Below are positions 1-8,403 of a stretch of DNA of 64,000 bases, piece by piece. Position 1 is the first letter of the stretch. Every line of letters starts with the position of its first letter. The DNA is taken from the IMG/VR virus record IMGVR_UViG_3300043464_001630, positions 1 through 64,000 of that record. One strand, written 5' to 3'. The position numbers were made by a program, and so were the translations under genes. The notes under the pieces are model-generated. The model was not told the origin of the DNA, did not search any database, and saw nothing but the letters and a program-made list of their open reading frames with translations.

Positions 1-830
1 ATATCAATTACAAAGGAGTACCATCGAAAGCTGCTCTAAATTACAAGGATGCTTTCGATAAACACGATCATGATCGTTATCAACAATATATTTCAGATGT
101 AAAAGCAGGAAAAACTACTATTAATTCAGGAACACTATACCCTTATGATCTTGTTGAAAAATGTTTTGCCGGTGATGATTCTACTACTCTCGATGTACTA
201 TGGAATAACCTTCCTGACTACACAAATGGTGATTCTAGTAACGGGATAGCGATTGTAGATAGCTCTGGTAGTATGGCTGGTCGTCCTATGGCAGTTGCTA
301 TCTCTTTAGGAATTTATATTTCGGAACGTAATAATGGTTTGTTTAAAGATCATTTCATTACATTTTCCGAAAGACCAACACTACAAAAAGTAATTGGTAA
401 TAATATCAGAGAAAAGGTCAGTCATCTACAACGAGCTGATTGGGGGATGTCTACTGATCTTGAGGCAGTGTTTAATTTGATTTTGGATACTGCACAGGAA
501 AACAATATTCCAGCTTCCGAAATGCCTACTAAGTTGTATATTACAACAGATATGAATTTCGATGTAGCTTGTAATCCAAGTTTGACCTTATTCCAAACAA
601 TTGAAGAAAAGTATAAAGAAGCAGGATATCAACGTCCTGATATTATTTTCTGGAATGTAAATGCTAGGAACACACAAAGTCCTGTTCGTTTTGACGACAA
701 GGGTACTTGCTTGGTGTCTGGTTGTTCACCCTCTATTCTAAAATCCTTGTTGAATGGAAACATTCTAACTGCGGAACAGGTCATGTTAGATACAATTAAT
801 GTGAGCCGTTACGATTCAGTAACGATCTAA
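1..830 (+). CDS. DUF2828-family protein (TROVE/Ro60-like architecture with C-terminal vWA domain), 5'-truncated by window edge
   Basis: Frame 3 is open from base 3 (INYKGVPSKAALNYK...SGTLYPYDLV); MIDAS-like AIVDSSGSM, WGMSTDL, TDMNFD, IIFWNV, LVSGCSP typical of DUF2828. Confidence 0.8.
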   Translation, partial: INYKGVPSKAALNYKDAFDKHDHDRYQQYISDVKAGKTTINSGTLYPYDLVEKCFAGDDSTTLDVLWNNLPDYTNGDSSNGIAIVDSSGSMAGRPMAVAISLGIYISERNNGLFKDHFITFSERPTLQKVIGNNIREKVSHLQRADWGMSTDLEAVFNLILDTAQENNIPASEMPTKLYITTDMNFDVACNPSLTLFQTIEEKYKEAGYQRPDIIFWNVNARNTQSPVRFDDKGTCLVSGCSPSILKSLLNGNILTAEQVMLDTINVSRYDSVTI

Positions 831-851
831 AATTAATAGAAGATAATTCTT

Positions 852-1322
852 GTGATTTTAGATAGACACACTTCTTTTGGAGAAGTATTAGATTCAAAAA
901 AAGTTACTGTGTATCATTCATGTTCTTTCAACGGAGATTTTTTCAAAAGAATTTCTTCCCGACCAGACAAAAACATTCATGCTGGTTCGTTATTTCAAGC
1001 AGTCTGGAGAGCAGACTACAAAGTAAATGACGAAGAAGCGTATCCAGTTTCTTATATTTACGAATTGGTTCTGAAACCAGAACGTATTTATAATCAGCTA
1101 ATTCACGATTCGGGTGAAAATGTAGATCAAGCAGACGAAGATAGTTACAAAGAAAACTATGATCTATTAGTTTATCATAATACAGGAGAAGGTCACGCGA
1201 ATGAATCTAATCTATCTGTAATTATTCTAGATCATGGTATCATCAAATCTGTGAGATTGTATGCATCTATGAACGGCGAAGAGATCGGGAAGTTTATGGA
1301 GGAAAATAGTTTGACATTCTAG
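852..1322 (+). CDS. Hypothetical protein, ADP-ribosyltransferase-like fold
   Basis: VYH...IHAGS..QA...YDLLVYHNTGEG...SVIILD pattern, shared with ORF 3059. Confidence 0.4.
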   Translation: MILDRHTSFGEVLDSKKVTVYHSCSFNGDFFKRISSRPDKNIHAGSLFQAVWRADYKVNDEEAYPVSYIYELVLKPERIYNQLIHDSGENVDQADEDSYKENYDLLVYHNTGEGHANESNLSVIILDHGIIKSVRLYASMNGEEIGKFMEENSLTF

Positions 1323-1338
1323 TAAGATGTGGTAAAAT
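1311..1338 (+). promoter_or_regulatory. sigma70-type promoter upstream of the CAGCAA hairpin array
   Basis: TTGACA (1311) N16 TAAAAT with upstream TG. Confidence 0.55.
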
Positions 1339-1353
1339 TCTGTTAAATAAGTT

Positions 1354-1656
1354 TAGGTGCTTGCAGCAAATATTTTCCCCTTGTAATGGAAAAAAGGCAT
1401 CTAGTAAGTTTTAGATACACACAGCAAATATATAATATAATATGCAATTATACATCGTATCTAGTTGTTCTTTGTAATTTCCTCTAGAGGAATGACGTAG
1501 CGGATGTCACCGCAATATATATCTTATCAAGGAGACGGTAGAATTCCGTGTAATGAACTTAGTATTAGTAATCTAATGAAAGATTGAATTCGTCTTGGTA
1601 AGATAAATTTTAGATGCTTACAGCAAATTTTTATACACATGGAAAAAAAGCATCTA
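1354..1656 (+). ncRNA. Three related hairpin RNA units TAGRTRC-N3-CAGCAAA...GYATCTA (1354-1403, 1412-1463, 1611-1656)
   Basis: 7-bp closing stems with a compensatory change and a G-U wobble; invariant CAGCAAAT; variable loops. Confidence 0.65.
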
Positions 1657-1754
1657 GTGATAAAAAGTAGTTGAAATGGAGTGGAAGGTGTGGTATAGTG
1701 AGAGAGTAAGGTTGGTTGAGATCAATCTTAAAAAGTTCTTTAACAGATTTTAAC

Positions 1755-2053
1755 GGGAGAGAAGCTTAAGCAGGTTATAAGCGTCGGACTTCAGCCCACG
1801 TAAGTGGAACAGGGTCGGCTATTTAGAAATGAATAGTTAGTAAGGTGTATATCGGTGAACGGTTTAAAATCCCAACGCCGAGAGAAACCTCAGTAATGAG
1901 GGACTCGTAGAGACTACCATCACCTACCTAAAGTAGAAATACCAAGGTAAAGGCATAGTCCAGAGCACAAATTTACATAACTTATGTAAAGTGATGAAAA
2001 TCATAGTGTTAGGCATAATCCGAAGACAGTGGATTCGAATTCCACCTCTCCTA
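1755..2053 (+). tRNA. tRNA with CAU anticodon (Met or Ile2) split by a group I intron; exons 1755-1790 and 2014-2053
   Basis: Joined exons give acceptor GGGAGAG/CTCTCCT, D arm GCTT/AAGC, anticodon arm TCGGA-CT^CATAA-TCCGA, T arm GTGGA-TTCGAAT-TCCAC; no encoded CCA. Confidence 0.9.
1791..2013 (+). ncRNA. Group I self-splicing intron (223 nt) after U33
   Basis: P1 GACU/GGUC with U.G at 5' splice site; ATCGGTGAAC, GTAGAGACTA (R), GGCATAGTCC (S); terminal G. Confidence 0.9.
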
Positions 2054-2061
2054 CCTATGTT

Positions 2062-2096
2062 AAGAGCAGCTAGCTTTTTTAGTTAGCTGCTCTTTT
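2062..2096 (+). terminator. Intrinsic terminator after the tRNA
   Basis: AAGAGCAGCTAGC / GTTAGCTGCTCTT hairpin followed by T-rich run. Confidence 0.7.
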
Positions 2097-2124
2097 ATTT
2101 TGAGCTTTAAGACTAAATACTTAC

Positions 2125-2901
2125 ATGGAAACAAACCATGTAAGACCGACTAAATTGTGTACTAAATGTAATTGTAAAATTTCAGATAATAATATAAAAA
2201 AACATTTTGAAAAATGTAATGGAAAACCATCTTATGCTGTACGTAAATCCAACAGAATTCCTATAAATTCAAATTATAATAATGATTTATATAAGTCTAA
2301 ATTAGAAAATTTAAATTGGGAGGAAATACAAGCATTTTATGATGATAATCATTCATTTAGAGATGTACAAAAAAAGTACAATTTGCCAAATAATAGATTA
2401 ACTAAATATATTAAAGAAGGGTTTTTAAAAACTAGATCTTCTCACGAAACGATGAAGCTACGCGGGACTCGCCAAGTTCCGACAATGACTTCAGAAATGA
2501 GAGAAAAAATTAGTAAAGGAATGCGTAAAGCAGTATTAGAAGGCAGACAGAAAACACCAAGACCTTACGGTACATACGGAACTACAATTCATCATACTTC
2601 TTGGTTAGGTAATGACGAAGTATTACACGGTGGATGGGAACTTAAAGTAGCAAAATATATGGATGAGCATAAAATCTATTGGTGTAAATCAAAAGAACAT
2701 TTCACTTATATATTTGAAGAACGCGAACATGAATATTTTCCAGACTTCTATCTAAAAGATTATGACTTATTCATAGAAGTAAAAGGACAAGTAATGCCTA
2801 AAGATCTAGAAAAATGGAAACAATTTCCTCGAAAGCTTTTAATCATTGATCAAAAGACTATTAAACGATTGGACGAGTTTTTCTCTGATATCCAACACTA
2901 A
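2125..2901 (+). CDS. Free-standing putative homing endonuclease (Zn finger, NUMOD3-like, PD-(D/E)XK TnsA-like)
   Basis: CxxC..H..C, SEMREKISKGM, WELKVAKYMD...YFPDFYL...FIEVKG. Confidence 0.75.
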   Translation: METNHVRPTKLCTKCNCKISDNNIKKHFEKCNGKPSYAVRKSNRIPINSNYNNDLYKSKLENLNWEEIQAFYDDNHSFRDVQKKYNLPNNRLTKYIKEGFLKTRSSHETMKLRGTRQVPTMTSEMREKISKGMRKAVLEGRQKTPRPYGTYGTTIHHTSWLGNDEVLHGGWELKVAKYMDEHKIYWCKSKEHFTYIFEEREHEYFPDFYLKDYDLFIEVKGQVMPKDLEKWKQFPRKLLIIDQKTIKRLDEFFSDIQH

Positions 2902-2909
2902 ATACTCAT

Positions 2910-3050
2910 ATGAACAAATTTGATAAATTAGTAGAAAAAATACTAGAAGAACAAAAAAATACTGTTACCGAAGCCTGCTGGAAAAACTACAAACAGGTAG
3001 GCATGAAGAAAAAAGGTAAGAAGAAAGTACCGAATTGCGTACCTAAATAA
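2910..3050 (+). CDS. 46-aa basic peptide MNKFDKLVEKILEE...EACWKNYKQVGMKKKGKKKVPNCVPK (not in ORF track)
   Basis: Translated by hand; TAAATA at 2899; CW..YK..GMK.K..K.VPNCVP motif recalled from T4-like phage proteins. Confidence 0.7.
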   Translation: MNKFDKLVEKILEEQKNTVTEACWKNYKQVGMKKKGKKKVPNCVPK

Positions 3051-3058
3051 ATAATCGT

Positions 3059-3958
3059 ATGAATGATTCTTTATTAATCTGGGAAGCTTATCAAAATAGT
3101 ATATCTAATATAGTATATCACGTATCTAGAAAGAAATTTGACGACATCTATGATTGGAGTCATTTTACAAAAAACATACATGCTGCAAAAGATATTATCA
3201 ATACTGATAAATCAGAAGGAAAATATGTCGAAGGCAGCACGTATTATGTTTATAAATATAAAATGAATCCAGATTTAAAACTCATGAGAAGTGTGGATAT
3301 TCATTCCGAACATGTTCCTCAATGGGGTAATTCTGGTAGATCAAATGATTGGAGTAAACATATTCAAGGTATGTTTTATCTTCAGCAAACAGAAGATACA
3401 CAATTTAGAACCTATGTAACAAACGCAGTTTTAAATGAATTAAAAAGTAGATACGACAATAATCCAGAGAGAAAAAAATTATTTGAATTAATTTTAAATT
3501 TTCTTAACAAGAATCCTAAATATATTAAAATCCCAGAAAGCCAAGGAATGGACTCTCATAAGGCTTGGAAACCAGTCCATAATTATTTCATTAAAATTTT
3601 AGATCCAAATAAGACTAAATCCACACGAGAACTCATGAATTTATATAGTACTATGGCGACGATAATAGATTCTCTACAAATGATTCTCATTCGAAACATC
3701 AGTCAAAATGATTATGATAATGTTAAGTTGTGGAAAGTTTGGATTTTTGAATCAGACGATGATAATATTCACGGAAATTTTTTTTACGAAAACCAAATTA
3801 ATAAAAAGTCGTTTATTAATAATCTAATAACGTCATATTATGATGGCGTTGTATATAATAATGAAGTTGAAGGTGGAGGAGATTCTTATATTTTATTTCA
3901 TCCTAAGAGGGATCTACAATTAATAAGCAGAGAGATTTTACAAAATTCAGAAAATTAA
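3059..3958 (+). CDS. MND-leader protein with ART-like cargo
   Basis: MNDSLLIWEAY leader; VYH...HF...YDGVVYNNEVEGGGDSYILF. Confidence 0.55.
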   Translation: MNDSLLIWEAYQNSISNIVYHVSRKKFDDIYDWSHFTKNIHAAKDIINTDKSEGKYVEGSTYYVYKYKMNPDLKLMRSVDIHSEHVPQWGNSGRSNDWSKHIQGMFYLQQTEDTQFRTYVTNAVLNELKSRYDNNPERKKLFELILNFLNKNPKYIKIPESQGMDSHKAWKPVHNYFIKILDPNKTKSTRELMNLYSTMATIIDSLQMILIRNISQNDYDNVKLWKVWIFESDDDNIHGNFFYENQINKKSFINNLITSYYDGVVYNNEVEGGGDSYILFHPKRDLQLISREILQNSEN

Positions 3959-3959
3959 T

Positions 3960-5054
3960 ATGATAAAGAGAGATAAACAGATTATATGGGAAAGATATTT
4001 AGAGATCCTAAAAGAATCTCGTGTGGAAAGGTATTTGAATATGTATAATAAATTATTCAAAATATTTCCAGATGCAAAAGCCCCAGATAGTGTATATAAT
4101 CCAGCTAATTGCGAATTAGATTCTAGTCATTATAACCATACAAGAACTAGAAATTTAATAGAATTTAATTTTTGTTTAAAAAATGTAATAGATAAACTTA
4201 GAAGAGATGATATTATTCAGTGGTATATTAAAAAAACAATAAATGAAACAATTTGTACAATAATTGATAAAAAAATTTTTAATATTCGTTTAAAAACTAG
4301 AGCAAGTGGTTCAAATATAGAATATTTTTTAAAAACCGAACACCCAGAAATTTATGAAGAGTTCATTAAATTACGTGATCTTAAAACGAGTTTTTTTGAT
4401 ATAGAGTATTACAGTGCAATAGAAGTTGGTACGGAAACTTTATTGGAAAAATTAGAACATTATATTGCGTTAAATATACAAGACATAAACAACTTCCGAT
4501 TTGTTAATCAATCTATCGAAGATGTTTTAGAAAAATTTCAAACAATTGAACGTGAATGGCTTAAATCTATTAATAGTGTAATGGATATTACGGATGATTT
4601 AAAAAGCAAAAGAGTTAAGACACTATTAAAAATTGACGAAAACAACGAATGGCAAATAATAGATAGTTCATTTTGTACAAAAGAAGGAAAAGCAATGGGT
4701 CATTGTGGGAATAATGTAACTGGTGGAATTGATGATAAAAACACGAAGTTACTCAGTTATCGAACTATAACTCATAAAGGAGGTAAAGTTATAGCTAAAC
4801 CACATTTAACTTTTATTTATCATTTAAATGATATGTCTTTGTCTGAAAGAAAAGGAGCACAAAACGATAAACCAGTTGAGAAATATCACGAAGCTATATT
4901 AAAATTGTTAATGTTAAAAAAAGATAATGATTTCTTTATTAAGAAACTTAAAAACGAAGGATATTTGCCGCAAAATAATTTCGAAATATCTGATTTATCC
5001 GAAAATAACAGAAAGATTCTTGAACAAAATAGACCGGATTTATTCGAGGAATAA
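3960..5054 (+). CDS. Variant MND-leader protein with PcfJ-like C-terminal domain
   Basis: DKQIIWERY leader; EGKAMGHCG...PHLT...ERKGAQNDKP. Confidence 0.45.
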   Translation: MIKRDKQIIWERYLEILKESRVERYLNMYNKLFKIFPDAKAPDSVYNPANCELDSSHYNHTRTRNLIEFNFCLKNVIDKLRRDDIIQWYIKKTINETICTIIDKKIFNIRLKTRASGSNIEYFLKTEHPEIYEEFIKLRDLKTSFFDIEYYSAIEVGTETLLEKLEHYIALNIQDINNFRFVNQSIEDVLEKFQTIEREWLKSINSVMDITDDLKSKRVKTLLKIDENNEWQIIDSSFCTKEGKAMGHCGNNVTGGIDDKNTKLLSYRTITHKGGKVIAKPHLTFIYHLNDMSLSERKGAQNDKPVEKYHEAILKLLMLKKDNDFFIKKLKNEGYLPQNNFEISDLSENNRKILEQNRPDLFEE

Positions 5055-5314
5055 AAATTATAAATAAATAATCGTATGAAGCAAGAATGGCTCGAATTTT
5101 TAAAAGAACAAGATCCCGAATTATATCTACAAGCAAAGAGTTATATCGAAAAACTAGAATCCGAATTAGAAGAAAAGAAGATTATAGTTGAAAGATACCA
5201 AAATCTCATAGCATGTAACGGATTTTTTGATGAGAAATAGTTGACAAATTAGGGATATGTGGTAAATTAGTTGTGTAAGTGAAAGCTTACTTGTTCTTTG
5301 AATAGATAAAAAAA

Positions 5315-5577
5315 TCTCCTTTAGCATAGCTGGAAATGCGCCGTCCTGTTTTTTTTTATAAATGGCAGCTTATAGAAGTAATTCTATTTGAAAAATTCCG
5401 CTAAGTCGGTGAACGCTGAAACGCCAACGCCGAGCTAGCAGATCGCAAGATCGGGCAAGTGTAGAGACTTTACACGGAACATCCTTATGGGATGAAGACA
5501 AAGTCCATTCCACAGGAAATAAAACTTGTGGCTTTAAAGTAAGACGAAAAAGCAAGGTTCAAATCCTTGAGGGAGAG
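5315..5577 (+). tRNA. tRNA-Asn(GUU) split by a group I intron between positions 35 and 36; exons 5315-5349 and 5540-5577
   Basis: Acceptor TCTCCTT/AGGGAGA, discriminator G, D arm GCAT/ATGC, anticodon arm CGTC-CTGT^TAA-GACG, T arm CAAGG-TTCAAAT-CCTTG. Confidence 0.88.
5350..5539 (+). ncRNA. Group I self-splicing intron (190 nt)
   Basis: P1 CUGU/GCAG with U.G; GTCGGTGAAC...GCCGAG, GTAGAGACTT (R), GACAAAGTCC (S); terminal G at 5539. Confidence 0.88.
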
Positions 5578-5595
5578 CTTCTATTTGATTATCAA

Positions 5596-6555
5596 CTACT
5601 TACATAAATTTCTTTCTTTTAGTATTTTCTTATAAATTAATTTTAGATCCGGTACGGTATCAAAATCTATCCATAAGCATTTGTAATTATTTTTATTACA
5701 ATATTCTTCTAATGCTTTCTTTTTATGTGGTATGTGTAAATTGTATTTATGATTAGACTTTGATGTCCATTTTTGTTTAATCTCTACTATATGTGTTTGG
5801 TTATTAATATAACATATAAAATCTGGGTTGTATGTTTTATTTTTAATTCCGTCATTGTAAATTAATATATTTTTAAATCTTTCTATTGATACTGCATTTA
5901 GTTTGTCTATTAAATAGATTAATCCTGCTTTCTCTAAATTAGAATCTACTTCTATTGAAGTATTTTTATATGTAAAATGTTCTCTAGGTGTGGAGAAATT
6001 TCCATTCTTTTCTAAATATTTTTGTCTTTGTATGGAAATACTTAAAAATTTACAAGCTTCGCTACAAGTTTTTCGCTTTTTTTCTTTTGTACTATAAAAT
6101 TGTTTAGAACATACGGAACATACGTATTCTTGATTTGTATATTTTGAATATGTTTTACCTATATTGTTTATCCTTAGATGCTTAGTTGATTCGTATTTCT
6201 TTAATAAAGATTCCGAAGTTTTCTTTTTTGTTTCTTCTGTTATTATTCTGTTGGAATTATTAAATTTAGCTGAACAAGAACTAGAACAAAAGTAATTGTA
6301 AGTTTTTCCTTCTTTTAATTTCATTCTTTTATCTGCTGACTTTTCCAAAAACTTATCATATCCGATAACAATATTACATTGTTTACAGTGTTCTGGAGAT
6401 TCTAGATATTTTAATGTATTCTCTTCCTTTTGTTTTTTCCCGCGTTCTTTTATAAGAATAATATCCAAACCACTTCTTTTTACATGATGTGCTTTGTGTC
6501 CCTGTAAAGCCATTTTTTTATCAAACTCTTTATTACATATTTCGCATTTATACAT
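5596..6555 (-). CDS. Free-standing putative homing endonuclease (C2H2/Zn ribbons, NUMOD3-like, TnsA-like PD-(D/E)XK)
   Basis: YKCEIC...H...H, several CxxC, TEETKKKTSESL, DSNLE...YNPDF...IVEIKQ. Confidence 0.75.
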   Translation of the reverse strand: MYKCEICNKEFDKKMALQGHKAHHVKRSGLDIILIKERGKKQKEENTLKYLESPEHCKQCNIVIGYDKFLEKSADKRMKLKEGKTYNYFCSSSCSAKFNNSNRIITEETKKKTSESLLKKYESTKHLRINNIGKTYSKYTNQEYVCSVCSKQFYSTKEKKRKTCSEACKFLSISIQRQKYLEKNGNFSTPREHFTYKNTSIEVDSNLEKAGLIYLIDKLNAVSIERFKNILIYNDGIKNKTYNPDFICYINNQTHIVEIKQKWTSKSNHKYNLHIPHKKKALEEYCNKNNYKCLWIDFDTVPDLKLIYKKILKERNLCK

Positions 6556-6652
6556 ACATTATTATTTAGCTTCAAAACTTATTTAAAGAGCCTTTTAATT
6601 TTTCTCCTTGACTTCTTCACCACATATGATAAATTATTGTAGTTAATTAAAT

Positions 6653-6740
6653 GCATCGGTATACTGCTAAATACGCAGCTTGGACTGTAAATCCAATATC
6701 CTCTAGGATTGGTTAGGAGAGTTACCTAAACGGTGCACCA
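6653..6740 (+). tRNA. tRNA-Tyr(GUA) with atypical D and T loops
   Basis: Anticodon arm TTGGA-CTGTAAA-TCCAA, long variable arm ATCC/GGAT, T stem TTAGG/CCTAA with loop AGAGTTA, ends ACCA. Confidence 0.75.
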
Positions 6741-6781
6741 TTAACTTCTTTATATTCAACAACTTACATACATTCGCCATA

Positions 6782-6994
6782 ATGTACCCAATCCACAGAA
6801 TCGACGAAGCACATCTCTACCGTGTTTTTAAAAATAACGGAATGCGTGTATTAGATTTTCTGGTATATTTCAGTCATCCAATCGTCCGCCGAAATTTCGG
6901 TCTCGAAAATGTTGACAGAGAAGACGGTCTTATTATTTTCGAAATAAACGATCAGAAGAAGTTCTTTTTAAAGTGTATAAAGTATGGATTCTAG
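6782..6994 (+). CDS. Small protein, C-terminal KYG family
   Basis: ends EINDQKKFFLKCIKYGF. Confidence 0.6.
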   Translation: MYPIHRIDEAHLYRVFKNNGMRVLDFLVYFSHPIVRRNFGLENVDREDGLIIFEINDQKKFFLKCIKYGF

Positions 6995-7123
6995 AAACTT
7001 TCAGTAACCACAACCCCACTGGTATATAGGTCTTGTTATGATTGGAATGTAATAACATAGAAATCCTGCTGAAAACTAGCCACACATATTAATTTATGTG
7101 TGGCTTTTCTGTTAAATAATAAC

Positions 7124-8395
7124 ATGAATCGTAGAGATTTCATTTACACTGGGCTTGTAGGTGGATTAGGATTATCAATGGGTGACATCCTAAAATTACA
7201 AGCAGAATCCTCCTTGACTCCTAAAGCTCAGTCTGTTATTCATATCTTTTTACCGGGGGGTGCGGCATCACATGAAACGTTTGATCCACATCCACTTGCT
7301 CCTTCTGAGTATAGAGGCCCATTAAAAGCTATTCCTACTTCAGTAGTAGGACTACAATTCTCTGAATACTTACAGAAAACGGCAAAAATTGCAGATAAGC
7401 TCACAGTAGTACATTCCATGACACACGGAGAAGCCGCACACGAACGTGGGGTTACTTCTATGTTCACTGGCTATCGTCCATCTCCAGCATTAGAATATCC
7501 ATCATTTGGTTCTGTAATATCTAATCAATTAGGAGATAGAAATAATCTACCAGCATATGTTTGTATTCCACAGAAGATTGGTAACAATGGTAACGATCCA
7601 GCAGATAGTGGGTACTTATCGAAAGCATACGGCCCTTTTAGTTTAGGTTCTGATCCCGCCAACCTTGGATTTAAGGTTCGTGATTTAAATGTAGAAGTAG
7701 GATCAGAACGATTCGAAAGACGTAAATCTATTTTAGACACAGTAGATAGTCATTTTCGTTATTTAGAATCTAGTGATAACTTAGCAGCAATGGATACTTT
7801 CTATCAAAAGGCATTTGATTTAATATCTTCGCCAAAAGCTAAAGAAGCGTTTGCCTTGGATAAAGAACCCCAAGTGATGCGTGAAGCATACGGAATGAAC
7901 CAAGCAGGTCAGAGATTGTTAATGGCTCGTAGATTAGTAGAAGCAGGTGTAAGATTTGTTTCCGTAACTTATGGTGGATGGGATATGCATTCGGGGATTG
8001 CCAACGGAATAGGTAAACAACTACCCTCATTTGATCAGGCTTATGCAACACTCATTAATGATTTAGATCAGAGAGGAATGTTAGATTCAACACTAGTTAT
8101 GATCTCTTCTGAATTTGGTAGAACTCCGAAGATTAACAAAGATGCAGGGCGTGATCATTGGCCTAGAGTATTCTCTGTAGTGTTTGCTGGTGGTGGTTTT
8201 AAACGTGGTTATGTTTACGGTTCTTCTGATGCCACAGGAAGTGATGTAGAAAGTAATCCATTAACAGTAGAAAACCTAGCGGCTACAATGTATAATCAAT
8301 TAGGTATTGATCCAGAAACAAAACTCATGGCGGCAGGTGGAAGACCATCAGCTATTGTAAAAGATGGTACTGTAGTTAAAGATTTGTTAGTATAA
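7124..8395 (+). CDS. DUF1501 family protein (Tat-exported, alkaline phosphatase/sulfatase-like)
   Basis: MNRRDFI Tat motif; IFLPGGAASHETFDP, ARRLVEAGVRFV, GWDMH, SEFGRTP, GRDHWP; likely start ATG 7124 after TAAATA. Confidence 0.9.
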   Translation: MNRRDFIYTGLVGGLGLSMGDILKLQAESSLTPKAQSVIHIFLPGGAASHETFDPHPLAPSEYRGPLKAIPTSVVGLQFSEYLQKTAKIADKLTVVHSMTHGEAAHERGVTSMFTGYRPSPALEYPSFGSVISNQLGDRNNLPAYVCIPQKIGNNGNDPADSGYLSKAYGPFSLGSDPANLGFKVRDLNVEVGSERFERRKSILDTVDSHFRYLESSDNLAAMDTFYQKAFDLISSPKAKEAFALDKEPQVMREAYGMNQAGQRLLMARRLVEAGVRFVSVTYGGWDMHSGIANGIGKQLPSFDQAYATLINDLDQRGMLDSTLVMISSEFGRTPKINKDAGRDHWPRVFSVVFAGGGFKRGYVYGSSDATGSDVESNPLTVENLAATMYNQLGIDPETKLMAAGGRPSAIVKDGTVVKDLLV

Positions 8396-8403
8396 ATATT
8401 CTA

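Noticed and set aside
1521-1605. SAM-I riboswitch (starts CTTATCAAG)
   Set aside because: Lacks the kink-turn, GCAACC and GTGC core; ATCAAG is itself paired in the closing helix
1354-1656. CRISPR array
   Set aside because: Units are self-closing hairpins with irregular spacing, not identical repeats with spacers; no cas genes
5370-5555. 61-aa minus-strand ORF
   Set aside because: Antisense to the group I intron and tRNA-Asn exon
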